Positions 1 to 7,924 of a DNA stretch of 32,000 bases are shown in pieces. The position numbers and the translations under genes are program-made. The notes under the pieces were generated by a model, which was not told the origin of the DNA, ran no database searches, and worked only from the letters and a program-made list of their open reading frames with translations. Each line of letters begins with the position of its first letter. Position 1 is the first letter of the stretch. This DNA comes from Candidatus Saccharimonadota bacterium. GTDB lineage: Bacteria > Bacteroidota > Bacteroidia > Cytophagales > Amoebophilaceae. The DNA is taken from NCBI RefSeq assembly GCF_965196625.1, contig NZ_OZ239769.1:390001-422000 (forward strand), written 5' to 3'.

Positions 1-161
1 TTTCCACTAATGCGCCTAGGTAGTATTTTACCTTGTTCATTGAGAAACTTCATCAAAAACTCAACGCACTTATAATCGACATACTTAATGCCATACCGCT
101 TAAAGCGACAAAACTTCTTAGTGATTGTTTTTTTTTGTATCGATTCGTTTACTAAAGTCAT
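1..161 (-). CDS. rpsR: 30S ribosomal protein S18, 5' part (gene runs off the left edge of the window)
   Basis: Own translation of the minus strand from the ATG at 161-159 gives [53 protein letters not shown]. This matches the conserved S18 core (CRF.., .DYK., GKILPRR.SG). The start overlaps the rpsF stop in an ATGA junction (158-161), and rpsF-rpsR is the conserved bacterial order. It is absent from the ORF track because it is truncated. Confidence 0.85.
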   Translation of the reverse strand, partial: MTLVNESIQKKTITKKFCRFKRYGIKYVDYKCVEFLMKFLNEQGKILPRRISG

Positions 162-517
162 AGCGCTACTGCTTTCTTAGGTTCTTGTTTTTCAGCATCT
201 GACCTTCTTGCGACATTATGCGCCAATGCATGCTTATCTAAAGCAAATGTTAAAAAGCGTAGTACCTCCTCATCTCGTGCATAGGCAACCTCCAACTCCT
301 TAATCAAGTTCGGATCACCTATAAATTCTATTAGGTGATATACGCCACTTTTTTTATGCTTTATTGGATAAGCTAATGGCTTTAAACCTATCTCCTCTTC
401 GTGCGCTATAGTTGCATTACGCTCCACTAAAAAAGATCTATACTTATCGATAGATGCCTTTATTTGCTCACTAGAAAGGACTGGTGATAGTATAAATACC
501 GCTTCGTAATGTCTCAT
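158..517 (-). CDS. rpsF: 30S ribosomal protein S6
   Basis: 119-aa ORF. The N-terminus [12 protein letters not shown], the length and the charged C-terminal tail are typical of S6. It is directly followed by rpsR with a stop/start overlap. Confidence 0.9.
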   Translation of the reverse strand: MRHYEAVFILSPVLSSEQIKASIDKYRSFLVERNATIAHEEEIGLKPLAYPIKHKKSGVYHLIEFIGDPNLIKELEVAYARDEEVLRFLTFALDKHALAHNVARRSDAEKQEPKKAVAL

Positions 518-580
518 GCTATATTAAATAATTCTCAAATCACGTTATAATCCCAAATTTTGAATACGTGACAACAAGAG

Positions 581-612
581 CAAATTTATAAAAAGAAATT
601 GATAAAGTCAAG
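581..612 (-). promoter_or_regulatory. Candidate Bacteroidota-type promoter for rpsF-rpsR
   Basis: The minus strand reads cTTG-N20-TAAATTTG (TAAATTTG is the complement of 581-588, CTTG the complement of 609-612). This is close to the Bacteroidetes consensus TTTG-N19-21-TAnnTTTG. The box ends 63 nt upstream of the rpsF ATG. Confidence 0.3.
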
Positions 613-717
613 TTGTTTTTATAAAAATTTGTATGGCATATGATACCATACTGTATCTATCTTAAAATTTTTATAAACTTATGGCTATAATTATGCCCTC
701 TTTCAAATTTTGCAAGC

Positions 718-1386
718 ATGAACATACGCATAGAATCATCCTGGAAAGATGCACTTACTGAGGAGTTTGAAAAGCCTTATTTTAAAAAGCTAGCCGATTA
801 TGTAAGGGCCGCTTACCGAAGTGGTGTGGTCTATCCAGCAGCTAAAAACATCTTTAGGGCCTTTGCGCTTTCTACTTTTACCGATACAAAAATAGTGATT
901 TTAGGGCAAGACCCCTATCATGGTCCAGGGCAAGCAGATGGATTGGCTTTTTCTGTTCCGCTAGGTGTTGCTTTTCCGCCTTCGTTGCGGAATATTTTTA
1001 CGGAATTGCAGGCAGATCTGGGTATTGCAAAGCCCCCATCGGGTTCATTAGAAGGTTGGGCCAAACAGGGCGTATTGTTGTTAAATGCTACGTTAACGGT
1101 AGAAGCACATAAAGCAGGTGCGCACCAAAACCAAGGCTGGGAGCTTTTTACCGATGCCGTGATACAAGCCCTTTCTAGGGGCAAGCAAAACGTGGTGTTT
1201 ATGCTATGGGGAAGTTATGCGGGGCAAAAGGAAGGGTTGATTGATGGCCAGCAACATCTTATACTGAAATCGGCCCATCCTTCCCCCTTATCTGCCCATA
1301 GAGGATTTTTGGGAAATAGACATTTTAGCAAAGCAAATGGCTATCTATTGGCCACAGGTCAAAGGCCTATTGTGTGGTACACTTAG
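718..1386 (+). CDS. ung: Uracil-DNA glycosylase (family 1)
   Basis: 222-aa ORF with the catalytic water-activating loop GQDPYHGPGQADGLAFSV and the C-terminal HPSPLSA leucine-loop motif. Confidence 0.93.
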   Translation: MNIRIESSWKDALTEEFEKPYFKKLADYVRAAYRSGVVYPAAKNIFRAFALSTFTDTKIVILGQDPYHGPGQADGLAFSVPLGVAFPPSLRNIFTELQADLGIAKPPSGSLEGWAKQGVLLLNATLTVEAHKAGAHQNQGWELFTDAVIQALSRGKQNVVFMLWGSYAGQKEGLIDGQQHLILKSAHPSPLSAHRGFLGNRHFSKANGYLLATGQRPIVWYT

Positions 1387-1399
1387 TTGGCATCGGATG

Positions 1400-3187
1400 T
1401 TACATTTTATCGGGTAGTTCAATCGTTAAGAGTGCCATGCTGGTTTTGAGTACCCTACCTACAGAAGCGGAAAGTAATAACCTCACCCCTCTAATGGTAA
1501 GATCAGCTTCCCGCAATATGGGATGGCTTGCATAGAATTTATTATAGGTTTTAGCCAATTCTAAAGCGTAATTGGCCATTACAGATGGCATATAGGTGGC
1601 AGCAGCTTCTTCTATCGCTTCTGGTAATCTATAGAGTTGGAAGATCAGCGTCTGCTCTAGTTGGCTCAGTGGTGCACTTGGAAGGGCATCCGATGCAATC
1701 GCTTGGCTTTCTTTGGCCTTGCGTGTTAAGGAACAAATTCTTGCATAGGTATATTGAATAAATGTTCCTGTATCACCTTGAAAATCAACAGATTCATTAG
1801 GATTGAACAACATCCTTTTTTGTGGTGCAACCCGTAACAAAAAGAATTTTAAGGCCCCCATGGCTAGGGTATGGCGCAATTTTTGTAGGGCTGCTTGGGT
1901 TAAGCCTTCAATTTTATGCGTGTTGCCCATATAGTGGCCAACCGTATCGATCATCTCTTCTATCAGGTTATCGGCATCTACTACGTTGCCCTCTCTAGAT
2001 TTCATTTTGCCATCGGGGAGGTCGACCATGCCATAGGGGAAATGGTGCATAGCAGTCGCGTATGGTCTACCCAATTGGTGCATGATGGCAAATAGCACTT
2101 TAAAGTGATAAGCTTGCTCATTGCCTACCACATAGATCATTTGATCAAAATGGTAATCTGCATAACGCCAATCCGCTACGCCTAAGTCTTGTGTAATATA
2201 GACCGCGGTGCCATCGCTGCGCAGCAGTACCTTTTCGCCTAACCCTTCTTTGGATAGATCAATGGCAATGGCGCCATCTGCTCTTTTGTAAAATATTTTT
2301 TTTTGCAGCCCCTCTTCTACAACCGTTTTACCCAGCAGATAGGCCTCAGACTCATAGTAGGTTTTATCAAAAGTGATGCCCAATTGGGCATAGGTCACGT
2401 TGAATCCATCGTAGACCCAACCATTCATTTTTTTCCATAAAGCGATTACAGCAGGCTCTCCTTTTTCCCATGCTACCAACATCTTTTGTGCTTGTTGTAA
2501 GATAGGCGGTGTGGCTGTAGCCTCTCCATTCTTTTCCATAAGCGCCTGCTCTGCTTTGTATGCTTGGTCAAATTGGACATAATACTTTCCTACGAGATGG
2601 TCTCCTTTGATACCGCTGCTTGCTGGGGTTTCATCTGCACCAAACTGTTGGTAGGCAACCATAGATTTACAGATATGAATGCCCCGGTCATTGATGAGGT
2701 TTACTGTATGTACGGTGTGGCCAGCGGCATCTAAGATAGCGGCCAAGGAGCTGCCTAAAAAGTTATTGCGCAAGTGGCCCAGGTGTTGGGGTTTATTGGT
2801 ATTGGGGCATGAGTATTCTACCACTATATGGCGTTTTTGTTTGGGCAAATGGCCATAGGTTGGGTCTTCTGCAATAGATCTTAAAATGGCCATCCAGATG
2901 GCATCATGGATAGTCAGGTTTAAAAAGCCATTGATCACATTATAACTGGCGATGATATCGGTATGGGTTTGGAGCCACTTGCCTATTGTTTCTGCTAATG
3001 CTACTGGTTGTGCGTTACATTTTTTACAGAAAGGAAATACAGGCAGTGAAAAGGTACCGTGAAATTCTTTTCTGGTCACCTGCAAGCTGCATGCGGCTTC
3101 GGATAGGATCTGGTTATAACTTTCTAGAAATGCTTGTTGTATAGCCTGTTTTAGTTTGGCTTCGAGTGGTATGGCGTTTGTAGGCAT
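1400..3187 (-). CDS. argS: Arginine--tRNA ligase
   Basis: 595-aa ORF with the class I HIGH-type motif PNTNKPQHLGHLRN. It also has the KMKSREG region and a C-terminal anticodon-binding domain ending in ...ELPDKM, the usual ArgRS terminus style. Confidence 0.9.
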   Translation of the reverse strand: MPTNAIPLEAKLKQAIQQAFLESYNQILSEAACSLQVTRKEFHGTFSLPVFPFCKKCNAQPVALAETIGKWLQTHTDIIASYNVINGFLNLTIHDAIWMAILRSIAEDPTYGHLPKQKRHIVVEYSCPNTNKPQHLGHLRNNFLGSSLAAILDAAGHTVHTVNLINDRGIHICKSMVAYQQFGADETPASSGIKGDHLVGKYYVQFDQAYKAEQALMEKNGEATATPPILQQAQKMLVAWEKGEPAVIALWKKMNGWVYDGFNVTYAQLGITFDKTYYESEAYLLGKTVVEEGLQKKIFYKRADGAIAIDLSKEGLGEKVLLRSDGTAVYITQDLGVADWRYADYHFDQMIYVVGNEQAYHFKVLFAIMHQLGRPYATAMHHFPYGMVDLPDGKMKSREGNVVDADNLIEEMIDTVGHYMGNTHKIEGLTQAALQKLRHTLAMGALKFFLLRVAPQKRMLFNPNESVDFQGDTGTFIQYTYARICSLTRKAKESQAIASDALPSAPLSQLEQTLIFQLYRLPEAIEEAAATYMPSVMANYALELAKTYNKFYASHPILREADLTIRGVRLLLSASVGRVLKTSMALLTIELPDKM

Positions 3188-3266
3188 AGGTTAAGGTTTT
3201 GTTTTGATGTTGCTTAAAATTAAGCATTTATAAGGATAGTTTGGTTGGCCAGCTGATGTGAAGGTG

Positions 3267-3395
3267 GAGGGAAGTCAACTTAAAAAAAGTATTTTAGCGC
3301 AGACGTGCAAAAAAAGGGAGGGATGGATGGTTCGTATGCTCTTCCGCTTATGGCCGTCGATAAAAAATTTGGTACGCAGTAAAAATAATGTAACA
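3267..3395 (+). mobile_element. Truncated copy (left part) of the MITE-like element whose full copy is at 29654-29828
   Basis: GTCAACTTAA at 3274-3283 is followed by ...TTAGCGCAGA..., ATGGATGGTTCGTAT, GGCCGTCGATAAAAAATT and TAAAAATAATG. These align in order with 29661-29790 (GTCAACTTAA, TTAGCACAGA, ATGGATTGTTCGTAT, GGCCGCTGATAAAAAATT, TTAAAATAATA). No matching right end was found. The boundaries are approximate. Confidence 0.5.
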
Positions 3396-3497
3396 ATCTG
3401 TTTTTCAACGGGAAAATCATAAATGCAGCCTGCTACGCGGGCTTCAAACGTACGACAGGCTGTTTTTCTGATCCGCTGAAAAACAGATCATTTTTTT
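3396..3497 (+). terminator. Nested stem-loop with T-runs (plus-strand intrinsic-terminator-like structure)
   Basis: The outer arms ATCTGTTTTTCA (3396-3407) and TGAAAAACAGAT (3477-3488) are perfectly complementary over 12 bp and are followed by T7 (3491-3497). The inner arms CAGCCTG (3426-3432) and CAGGCTG (3456-3462) are followed directly by T5 (3463-3467). No annotated plus-strand gene lies upstream. Confidence 0.4.
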
Positions 3498-3658
3498 ATC
3501 ACTGACTTGAACAGATATTTGCTTTTTAGCTGGCTTGCAGCTATTTATAATAATCTAGTTGCCAGTGGTGCATGGGTTTTGCACGGCCTATTACTGCTAA
3601 CTTGATCAGTGTAACGAACTGTTCCGAACTCAGTTGCTTCATAAGCTATTTCCATTAT

Positions 3659-4924
3659 CTAGACTAAATTTTCTTTAGTTTTAGTTTTATCACAAATTTC
3701 CCTGAAATATTCTAATGAGCAACAATTTATATCTTTGTTTAGTTTATTATGGTTATTGTTATAGAGCTTTACTAGCATATCTATTGTGCCATTACTAACC
3801 TTAGTGATGTATTCCTTGAATAGATGTTTCCTTATTTCGTCGTTTATAGGGTTGCAGTCTTTTACGCAACACATTTTTATTAGAAGCTCAAGGGCAGTAT
3901 AGAGATGGCTAGGATCAGTAAAAGGACATAAGATTTCACACATTGGCAGATTGACTAAATTAGTTGCGATATGCAGTGGTGTTTTATTCGTATCATTCAC
4001 TCCATTTATTAGATTTTTTATTCGGTCTAGGTCTGAATATATACTGCTTAGCTTTTTAGCAACTTTCTCGAGGAATTTTTTTGATCTTTCAGATGTGGCA
4101 TTGCTATGCGCTATTACTGTAGCGTGCAGCTCATTATTACCAGTTGTCTTGTCCTTAGCGTAAAATCTACTTGGTTGATCCCATAATTTCTGGATTATCT
4201 GCTCTAGATTTTGCTGGACTTTAAGATCTAGGTTTTTTTTGCCATATTGTTGTATTGCATAATAAAGGGGGGTAAGACCCTCATTATTTCTTAGATATCT
4301 TTGTGCTTTAATATGTCGGTTTTCTGAATTATATATTAGCTTAAATATTTTTAAGCAATTTTTGTCAAGTAGTTTGTTCTTAATTATATCATGTATAATA
4401 TTGACCTCTTTGAATAGATCTGAGATAACTTTTTTGTGCTGTGTCTTATGCACATAGTTCAGCAACATTTTGAATATTTTTATATCATCTGATGGATTAA
4501 TTTTAAATTCCTTACTAAGATCATTTTCTTGTGAAGTAAGTTTATATATACTGAGTTTTAAAAGGTCAGTATAGTATTGAGCTAGATCTAGATCTTGATC
4601 TAGTCTTCCTTCCTTAACTTGTATACTACTAAATGGCTGCTTTAATGCAAGTTGAGCCATCTCCTTATCTGCGTTCACTATTGCGTTATACGCGATGCTA
4701 GATTTATCCAAACTTATTAACCGTTTGGTAGAGCATTCATGGCCCTTTGTCGTCTTGTGTTGTACCAAGGTGGTATCACTTTTCTTTAAATGGCTCTCCT
4801 GTCCATACTTCACTTGCGTACTACATGCAACACCTATAAAATAGGCAAGTAAGCTCGATACCAGTAATCTACGGTAATTACCAATGTGCAACGCTGCACG
4901 GCTTATTAAACGAAATAGGTTCAT
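3659..4924 (-). CDS. Ankyrin-repeat-like protein with lipoprotein-type leader (paralogue 1)
   Basis: 421-aa K/N/I-rich ORF. The N-terminus MNLFRLISRAALHIGNYRRLLVSSLLAYFIGVAC has a basic n-region, a hydrophobic core and a lipobox-like GVAC (Cys34). The C-terminal half carries ankyrin-type cores NNEGLTPLYYAIQQYG, TGNNELHATVIAHSN and DTNKTPLHIATNLVN. The first ~40 codons plus ~30 nt upstream are nearly identical to gene 5321-6379. Confidence 0.7.
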   Translation of the reverse strand: MNLFRLISRAALHIGNYRRLLVSSLLAYFIGVACSTQVKYGQESHLKKSDTTLVQHKTTKGHECSTKRLISLDKSSIAYNAIVNADKEMAQLALKQPFSSIQVKEGRLDQDLDLAQYYTDLLKLSIYKLTSQENDLSKEFKINPSDDIKIFKMLLNYVHKTQHKKVISDLFKEVNIIHDIIKNKLLDKNCLKIFKLIYNSENRHIKAQRYLRNNEGLTPLYYAIQQYGKKNLDLKVQQNLEQIIQKLWDQPSRFYAKDKTTGNNELHATVIAHSNATSERSKKFLEKVAKKLSSIYSDLDRIKNLINGVNDTNKTPLHIATNLVNLPMCEILCPFTDPSHLYTALELLIKMCCVKDCNPINDEIRKHLFKEYITKVSNGTIDMLVKLYNNNHNKLNKDINCCSLEYFREICDKTKTKENLV

Positions 4925-4954
4925 ATCTTTGAATCATTATAATGTTAAGGGTAA
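4803..4954 (-). repeat. Conserved 5' leader module, copy 1 (about 30 nt of 5' UTR plus the signal-peptide coding region)
   Basis: Aligns base-for-base, with few mismatches, to 6258-6411. Examples are GTGCAACGCTGCACGGCTTATTAAACGAAATAGGTTCAT versus GTGCAACGTTGCACGGCTTATTAAACGAAATCGGTTCAT, and ATCTTTGAATCATTATAATGTTAA versus ATCTTTAGAATAATTATAATGTTAA. Similarity disappears on both sides of the module. Confidence 0.8.
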
Positions 4955-5240
4955 TTTATATAGTGTATAAGGCAATGAACTCTATGGCTATAGGTAGTAT
5001 AGCATAGGGTATTCACATCATAAGGCTTATTATAAGCCAGTAGTTGAAACGCAATTTATTTATTTTTTTAGCTGTTTTACAACTATTTTTAATGGCTTAT
5101 TGACCAGTCGTGCATAGACTTTCACTTGACTATTGCTACTAATATGATCAGTCAGTCTAATGAAACGGTCCACCGCTAGGAAAAAGTATTCTAATGAAAG
5201 AGATAGCTTATTTAAGATAGCCTTTAAAAGCGCCCAGCAG

Positions 5241-5279
5241 CCAAAAGCCAAGCGATGCTCCTTTTTAAGGAGCATCGCT
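5241..5279 (-). terminator. Rho-independent terminator of gene 5321-6379
   Basis: A perfect 13-bp stem AGCGATGCTCCTT / AAGGAGCATCGCT with a 3-nt loop lies at 5251-5279. On the minus strand it is followed by TGGCTTTTGG. It sits 42 nt downstream of the stop at 5321. Confidence 0.7.
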
Positions 5280-5320
5280 GATGTGTTTCTATTTTAGCTT
5301 AGCTTTTGATTTTTTTGGGT

Positions 5321-6379
5321 CTAAACCGTTGTTTCTTTGATAGCTTTATTAGCACTCAATTGCTTTGAATTTAAAGCAACTTGTTTTAAAAACAAATTTG
5401 TTGTTTTAAGCAGGTTACTCTTCCGTTTTAGTTTTTCTCGTAAATGCTGTGCCTCTGTACTATTTATAGCGTCATCAGAACTCAACTTCATTACAGCCTC
5501 ATTTGCTATGATATTCAATATTATCTCTAGCTTTTCCTCGGTCATAGGGTCGAGGTCTTTTTTGGAATACATTTCTATTGCAAAACGACGGGGAGTATAC
5601 CCTGTGCTATTTTTTAGAGATAGCAGCTTTTTAATATGGTTGTATTTTAATACCCTATTAAATTCTTTTAGATTAATTTTGTCCTTGTCAATGTTGTTAA
5701 TCTGATCAAGTAGTTTATGGAATAAGTTATTACCATCTTTGAATAGATTTGCGTTAATCTCAGTGCGCGTCGTTTTCTCGTACGAGGCCAACAATATTTC
5801 GAATCTGAGGATAAGATCTTGCAAGAGAGATGACGGATTTTTTTTATGCACTTTTTTAGACCCATCTTTTATTTTTTTATTTGATTTTAGGATCGAATCA
5901 ACAATATCATCTGTGGCTGAATTCAGAACCTTAGGATCAAGTGGAGGTGAATTTTTAGGCAACAATATAGCGAGAGGTTTCCTCTTTTTAGCTTTTATTT
6001 TTGGTAGCTTTATGCAGGTATGTTCAAACCACTTGTGCAAATTTTGCTCCTTTAAAAGCAAATTTGGATACTGTGTGTGTAGTTTTGATAAATCCTTGAA
6101 TTTGCCACACCACCAAACGCAATATAGTTCTGGAAGTACTGCATCTACTTTCAGCTTTTTATCCTTAGACTTTTGAGTCTTAGAATCCAACGGAGTAAAG
6201 AATTCACCATTTTGATTCCATCTATTATTGTTTTTATAGAAACTGTCTTTTTCATTACCATATTTCACTTGCGTGCTACATGAAACACACATAAAATAGG
6301 CAAGTAAATTCCATACCAGCAATCTAGGGTAACCAAAAATGTGCAACGTTGCACGGCTTATTAAACGAAATCGGTTCAT
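5321..6379 (-). CDS. Ankyrin-repeat-like, lysine-rich protein with lipoprotein-type leader (paralogue 2)
   Basis: 352-aa ORF. The N-terminus MNRFRLISRATLHIFGYPRLLVWNLLAYFMCVSCSTQVKYG is homologous to paralogue 1, with Cys34 conserved. Degenerate ankyrin cores are KDGNNLFHKLLDQ and NSTGYTPRRFAIEMYS. Basic clusters are KIKAKKRKP and KSNKKIKDGSKKVHKK. Confidence 0.7.
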   Translation of the reverse strand: MNRFRLISRATLHIFGYPRLLVWNLLAYFMCVSCSTQVKYGNEKDSFYKNNNRWNQNGEFFTPLDSKTQKSKDKKLKVDAVLPELYCVWWCGKFKDLSKLHTQYPNLLLKEQNLHKWFEHTCIKLPKIKAKKRKPLAILLPKNSPPLDPKVLNSATDDIVDSILKSNKKIKDGSKKVHKKNPSSLLQDLILRFEILLASYEKTTRTEINANLFKDGNNLFHKLLDQINNIDKDKINLKEFNRVLKYNHIKKLLSLKNSTGYTPRRFAIEMYSKKDLDPMTEEKLEIILNIIANEAVMKLSSDDAINSTEAQHLREKLKRKSNLLKTTNLFLKQVALNSKQLSANKAIKETTV

Positions 6380-6411
6380 ATCTTTAGAATAATTATAATG
6401 TTAAAAGGTAA
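6258..6411 (-). repeat. Conserved 5' leader module, copy 2
   Basis: See copy 1 (4803-4954). The two are direct repeats about 1.45 kb apart. Confidence 0.8.
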
Positions 6412-6494
6412 GTCTAGTAGCTTTTAGGAAAATCCAACCTATAAGCCAACCTAGCCTTACTCCCCCGCTATACAACTGAATAAACACCCCCTAC

Positions 6495-7916
6495 TTAAGG
6501 ATGCAATCGGTTAGGGTCACGGGGAAAGAGGTTGCTATAACGTACATCTGGTAAGCCTAAAAAATACTTTAACATACGTTCTAGCCCCATACCGACCCCT
6601 GCATGGGGCGGTGCACCATATTTAAACGCATTTAAATAATGATATATCGAACTGGGGTCTATACCCAGCTCAACCACACGTTCCGATAACCTAGCGTAGT
6701 CATGTATCCGCTGTGCGCCAGAAAGAATTTCTGCACCGCGCAGCATAAAATCATAGGCATGGGTATATCTATCATCATGTGGATCTACCATGGTATAAAA
6801 GGGGCGCACACAAGATGGATAGCGGGTAATGACATACAAGTCTGTATGATACTTTTCTTTTACAATCGCACCCAATAGCTTTTCGTCCTCCGTAGAAAAA
6901 TCCTCCAATTCACCCCGCTCTTTTCCATGCGCTTTCAATAGGCCAACCGCATCGGGAAAAGGGATGACCACCAACTCTGATGGAAGGGTTAGCGCAGGGA
7001 CCTCAAAAAAAGATTGTATAATAGAAATTTCTCGGCTGTACTTTTGATTTAATGCATCAAACAAATCAATTAACAACTGATATACCAGATGAACTACTTC
7101 CATATAGCTCTGGTCTATAACCATTTCAAGGTCAACGCCTATAAACTCTGTAAGGTGTCTATTGGTATCAGAGTTTTCTGCACGAAAGACCGGACCAACC
7201 TCAAATACGCGTTTGAAGTCACCTATAAGCGCCATCTGTTTATACAGCTGAGGACTTTGTGCCAAACAAGCCGGCTTGCCAAAATAGTCTACCTTAAAAA
7301 CATCCGCCCCACCCTCAGACGCACCACCTATTAGCTTAGGTGTTTTGATTTCTACAAACCCATGGCCACGCACATATTGCTGTATATAAAAAAGCATGCC
7401 ATCATTGACTCGAAAAATAGCCTGTGCCAAATCGGTACGCAAATCCAATACACGATTGTCCAATCGCTTTACATAGTGGACAGAAGAAAAGGTTTGATGG
7501 TCAATTTTTTTACCCTCTGTAAGGGCTGATTCTTTTAGGGTAATGGGCAAGTCCAATACAGATCTGCTGAGTATGGTATACCCGGTTATAGCCAACTCAA
7601 TCGATTGTTTAGAACAGGCCAACACTGCTTTTTCAGCGCAATACACTTGCCCAATGAGTTCAATAAAAGATTCATTTTCAATTTTACGTAATGTGTTATA
7701 GTCATCTAGAGGGGTGCCTTCTTTATTTTTGGCTAGAACTGCCTGTAGGGTATCCATCCCATCGCGTAAAATCAAGAATAATACCCGGCCACAATCTTTC
7801 TTGGAAAAAACTCTGCCCCTAACCCTAACGACTTTCTGACTGTGTAAAGTAGAAAGGTTTTTGATCTCTGAAAGTGGATACATATGTTTAACAAAATGGT
7901 TATAAAGTAGATGCAA
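6495..7916 (-). CDS. aspS: Aspartate--tRNA ligase, eukaryote/archaeal type (class IIb, no GAD insertion)
   Basis: 473-aa ORF with GGASEGGADVFKVDYFGKPACLAQSPQLYKQ, GPVFRAENSDTNRHLTEFIGVDLEM, GAPPHAGVGMGLERM and a C-terminal FPRDPNRLHP. It is too short to hold the insertion domain of bacterial-type AspRS. An alternative start is Met12 (ATG at 7883). It starts 8 nt after the oppF stop. Confidence 0.85.
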   Translation of the reverse strand: MHLLYNHFVKHMYPLSEIKNLSTLHSQKVVRVRGRVFSKKDCGRVLFLILRDGMDTLQAVLAKNKEGTPLDDYNTLRKIENESFIELIGQVYCAEKAVLACSKQSIELAITGYTILSRSVLDLPITLKESALTEGKKIDHQTFSSVHYVKRLDNRVLDLRTDLAQAIFRVNDGMLFYIQQYVRGHGFVEIKTPKLIGGASEGGADVFKVDYFGKPACLAQSPQLYKQMALIGDFKRVFEVGPVFRAENSDTNRHLTEFIGVDLEMVIDQSYMEVVHLVYQLLIDLFDALNQKYSREISIIQSFFEVPALTLPSELVVIPFPDAVGLLKAHGKERGELEDFSTEDEKLLGAIVKEKYHTDLYVITRYPSCVRPFYTMVDPHDDRYTHAYDFMLRGAEILSGAQRIHDYARLSERVVELGIDPSSIYHYLNAFKYGAPPHAGVGMGLERMLKYFLGLPDVRYSNLFPRDPNRLHP

Positions 7917-7924
7917 TATACTAA

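Noticed and set aside
3321-3345. tRNA-like T-arm resemblance (GGATGGTTCGTATGC) in the element copies
   Set aside because: No acceptor stem, anticodon arm or GTTCGAATC-type loop can be built around it. I saw no cloverleaf-capable sequence in any intergenic region.
3323-3382. Conserved micro-ORF in the element copies: MDGSYALPLMAVDKKFGTQ* here and MDCSYMPPPLAADKKLTQ* at 29700-29756
   Set aside because: Both copies keep an ORF with an in-frame 3-nt indel, which is suggestive. However, the opposite strand of the same two copies also stays open for about 30 codons (..FFIDGHKRKSIRTIH.. and ..FFISGQRRWHIRTIH..). With only two copies, nucleotide conservation explains both, so no coding claim can be made.
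4925-4954. TATAAT hexamer in the conserved leader 5' UTR (..TTAACATTATAATGATTCAAAGAT-ATG) as the promoter of the ankyrin-like paralogues
   Set aside because: It lies only about 12-18 nt from the ATG, and Bacteroidota sigma-A promoters use TAnnTTTG rather than TATAAT. The conservation is real, but a promoter call is not supportable from sequence alone.
5060-5275. 71-aa minus-strand ORF between the two ankyrin-like paralogues
   Set aside because: Its first ~8 codons (MLLKKEHR) are encoded by the perfect 13-bp terminator hairpin at 5251-5279. It has no recognisable motif, and it lies exactly where the terminator and promoter space of the flanking genes is expected.
5337-6176. Plus-strand ORFs 5337-5705 and 5739-6176 (122 and 145 aa), and similar antisense ORFs inside ung, argS, aspS, the opp genes, lpxD, thrS, gldM and others
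   Set aside because: All lie fully inside, and antisense to, genes with strong motif support. Their compositions are skewed (F/S/L/C-rich) and none has a motif. Long antisense ORFs are expected by chance in AT-rich coding DNA.
6495-7916. Alternative call of asparaginyl-tRNA synthetase for the 473-aa class IIb enzyme
   Set aside because: AsnRS carries a different flipping-loop and motif-2 context. SEGGA..F.V.YF...AYLAQSPQLYKQ and the C-terminal FPRDP.RL.P are diagnostic of eukaryote/archaeal-type AspRS.
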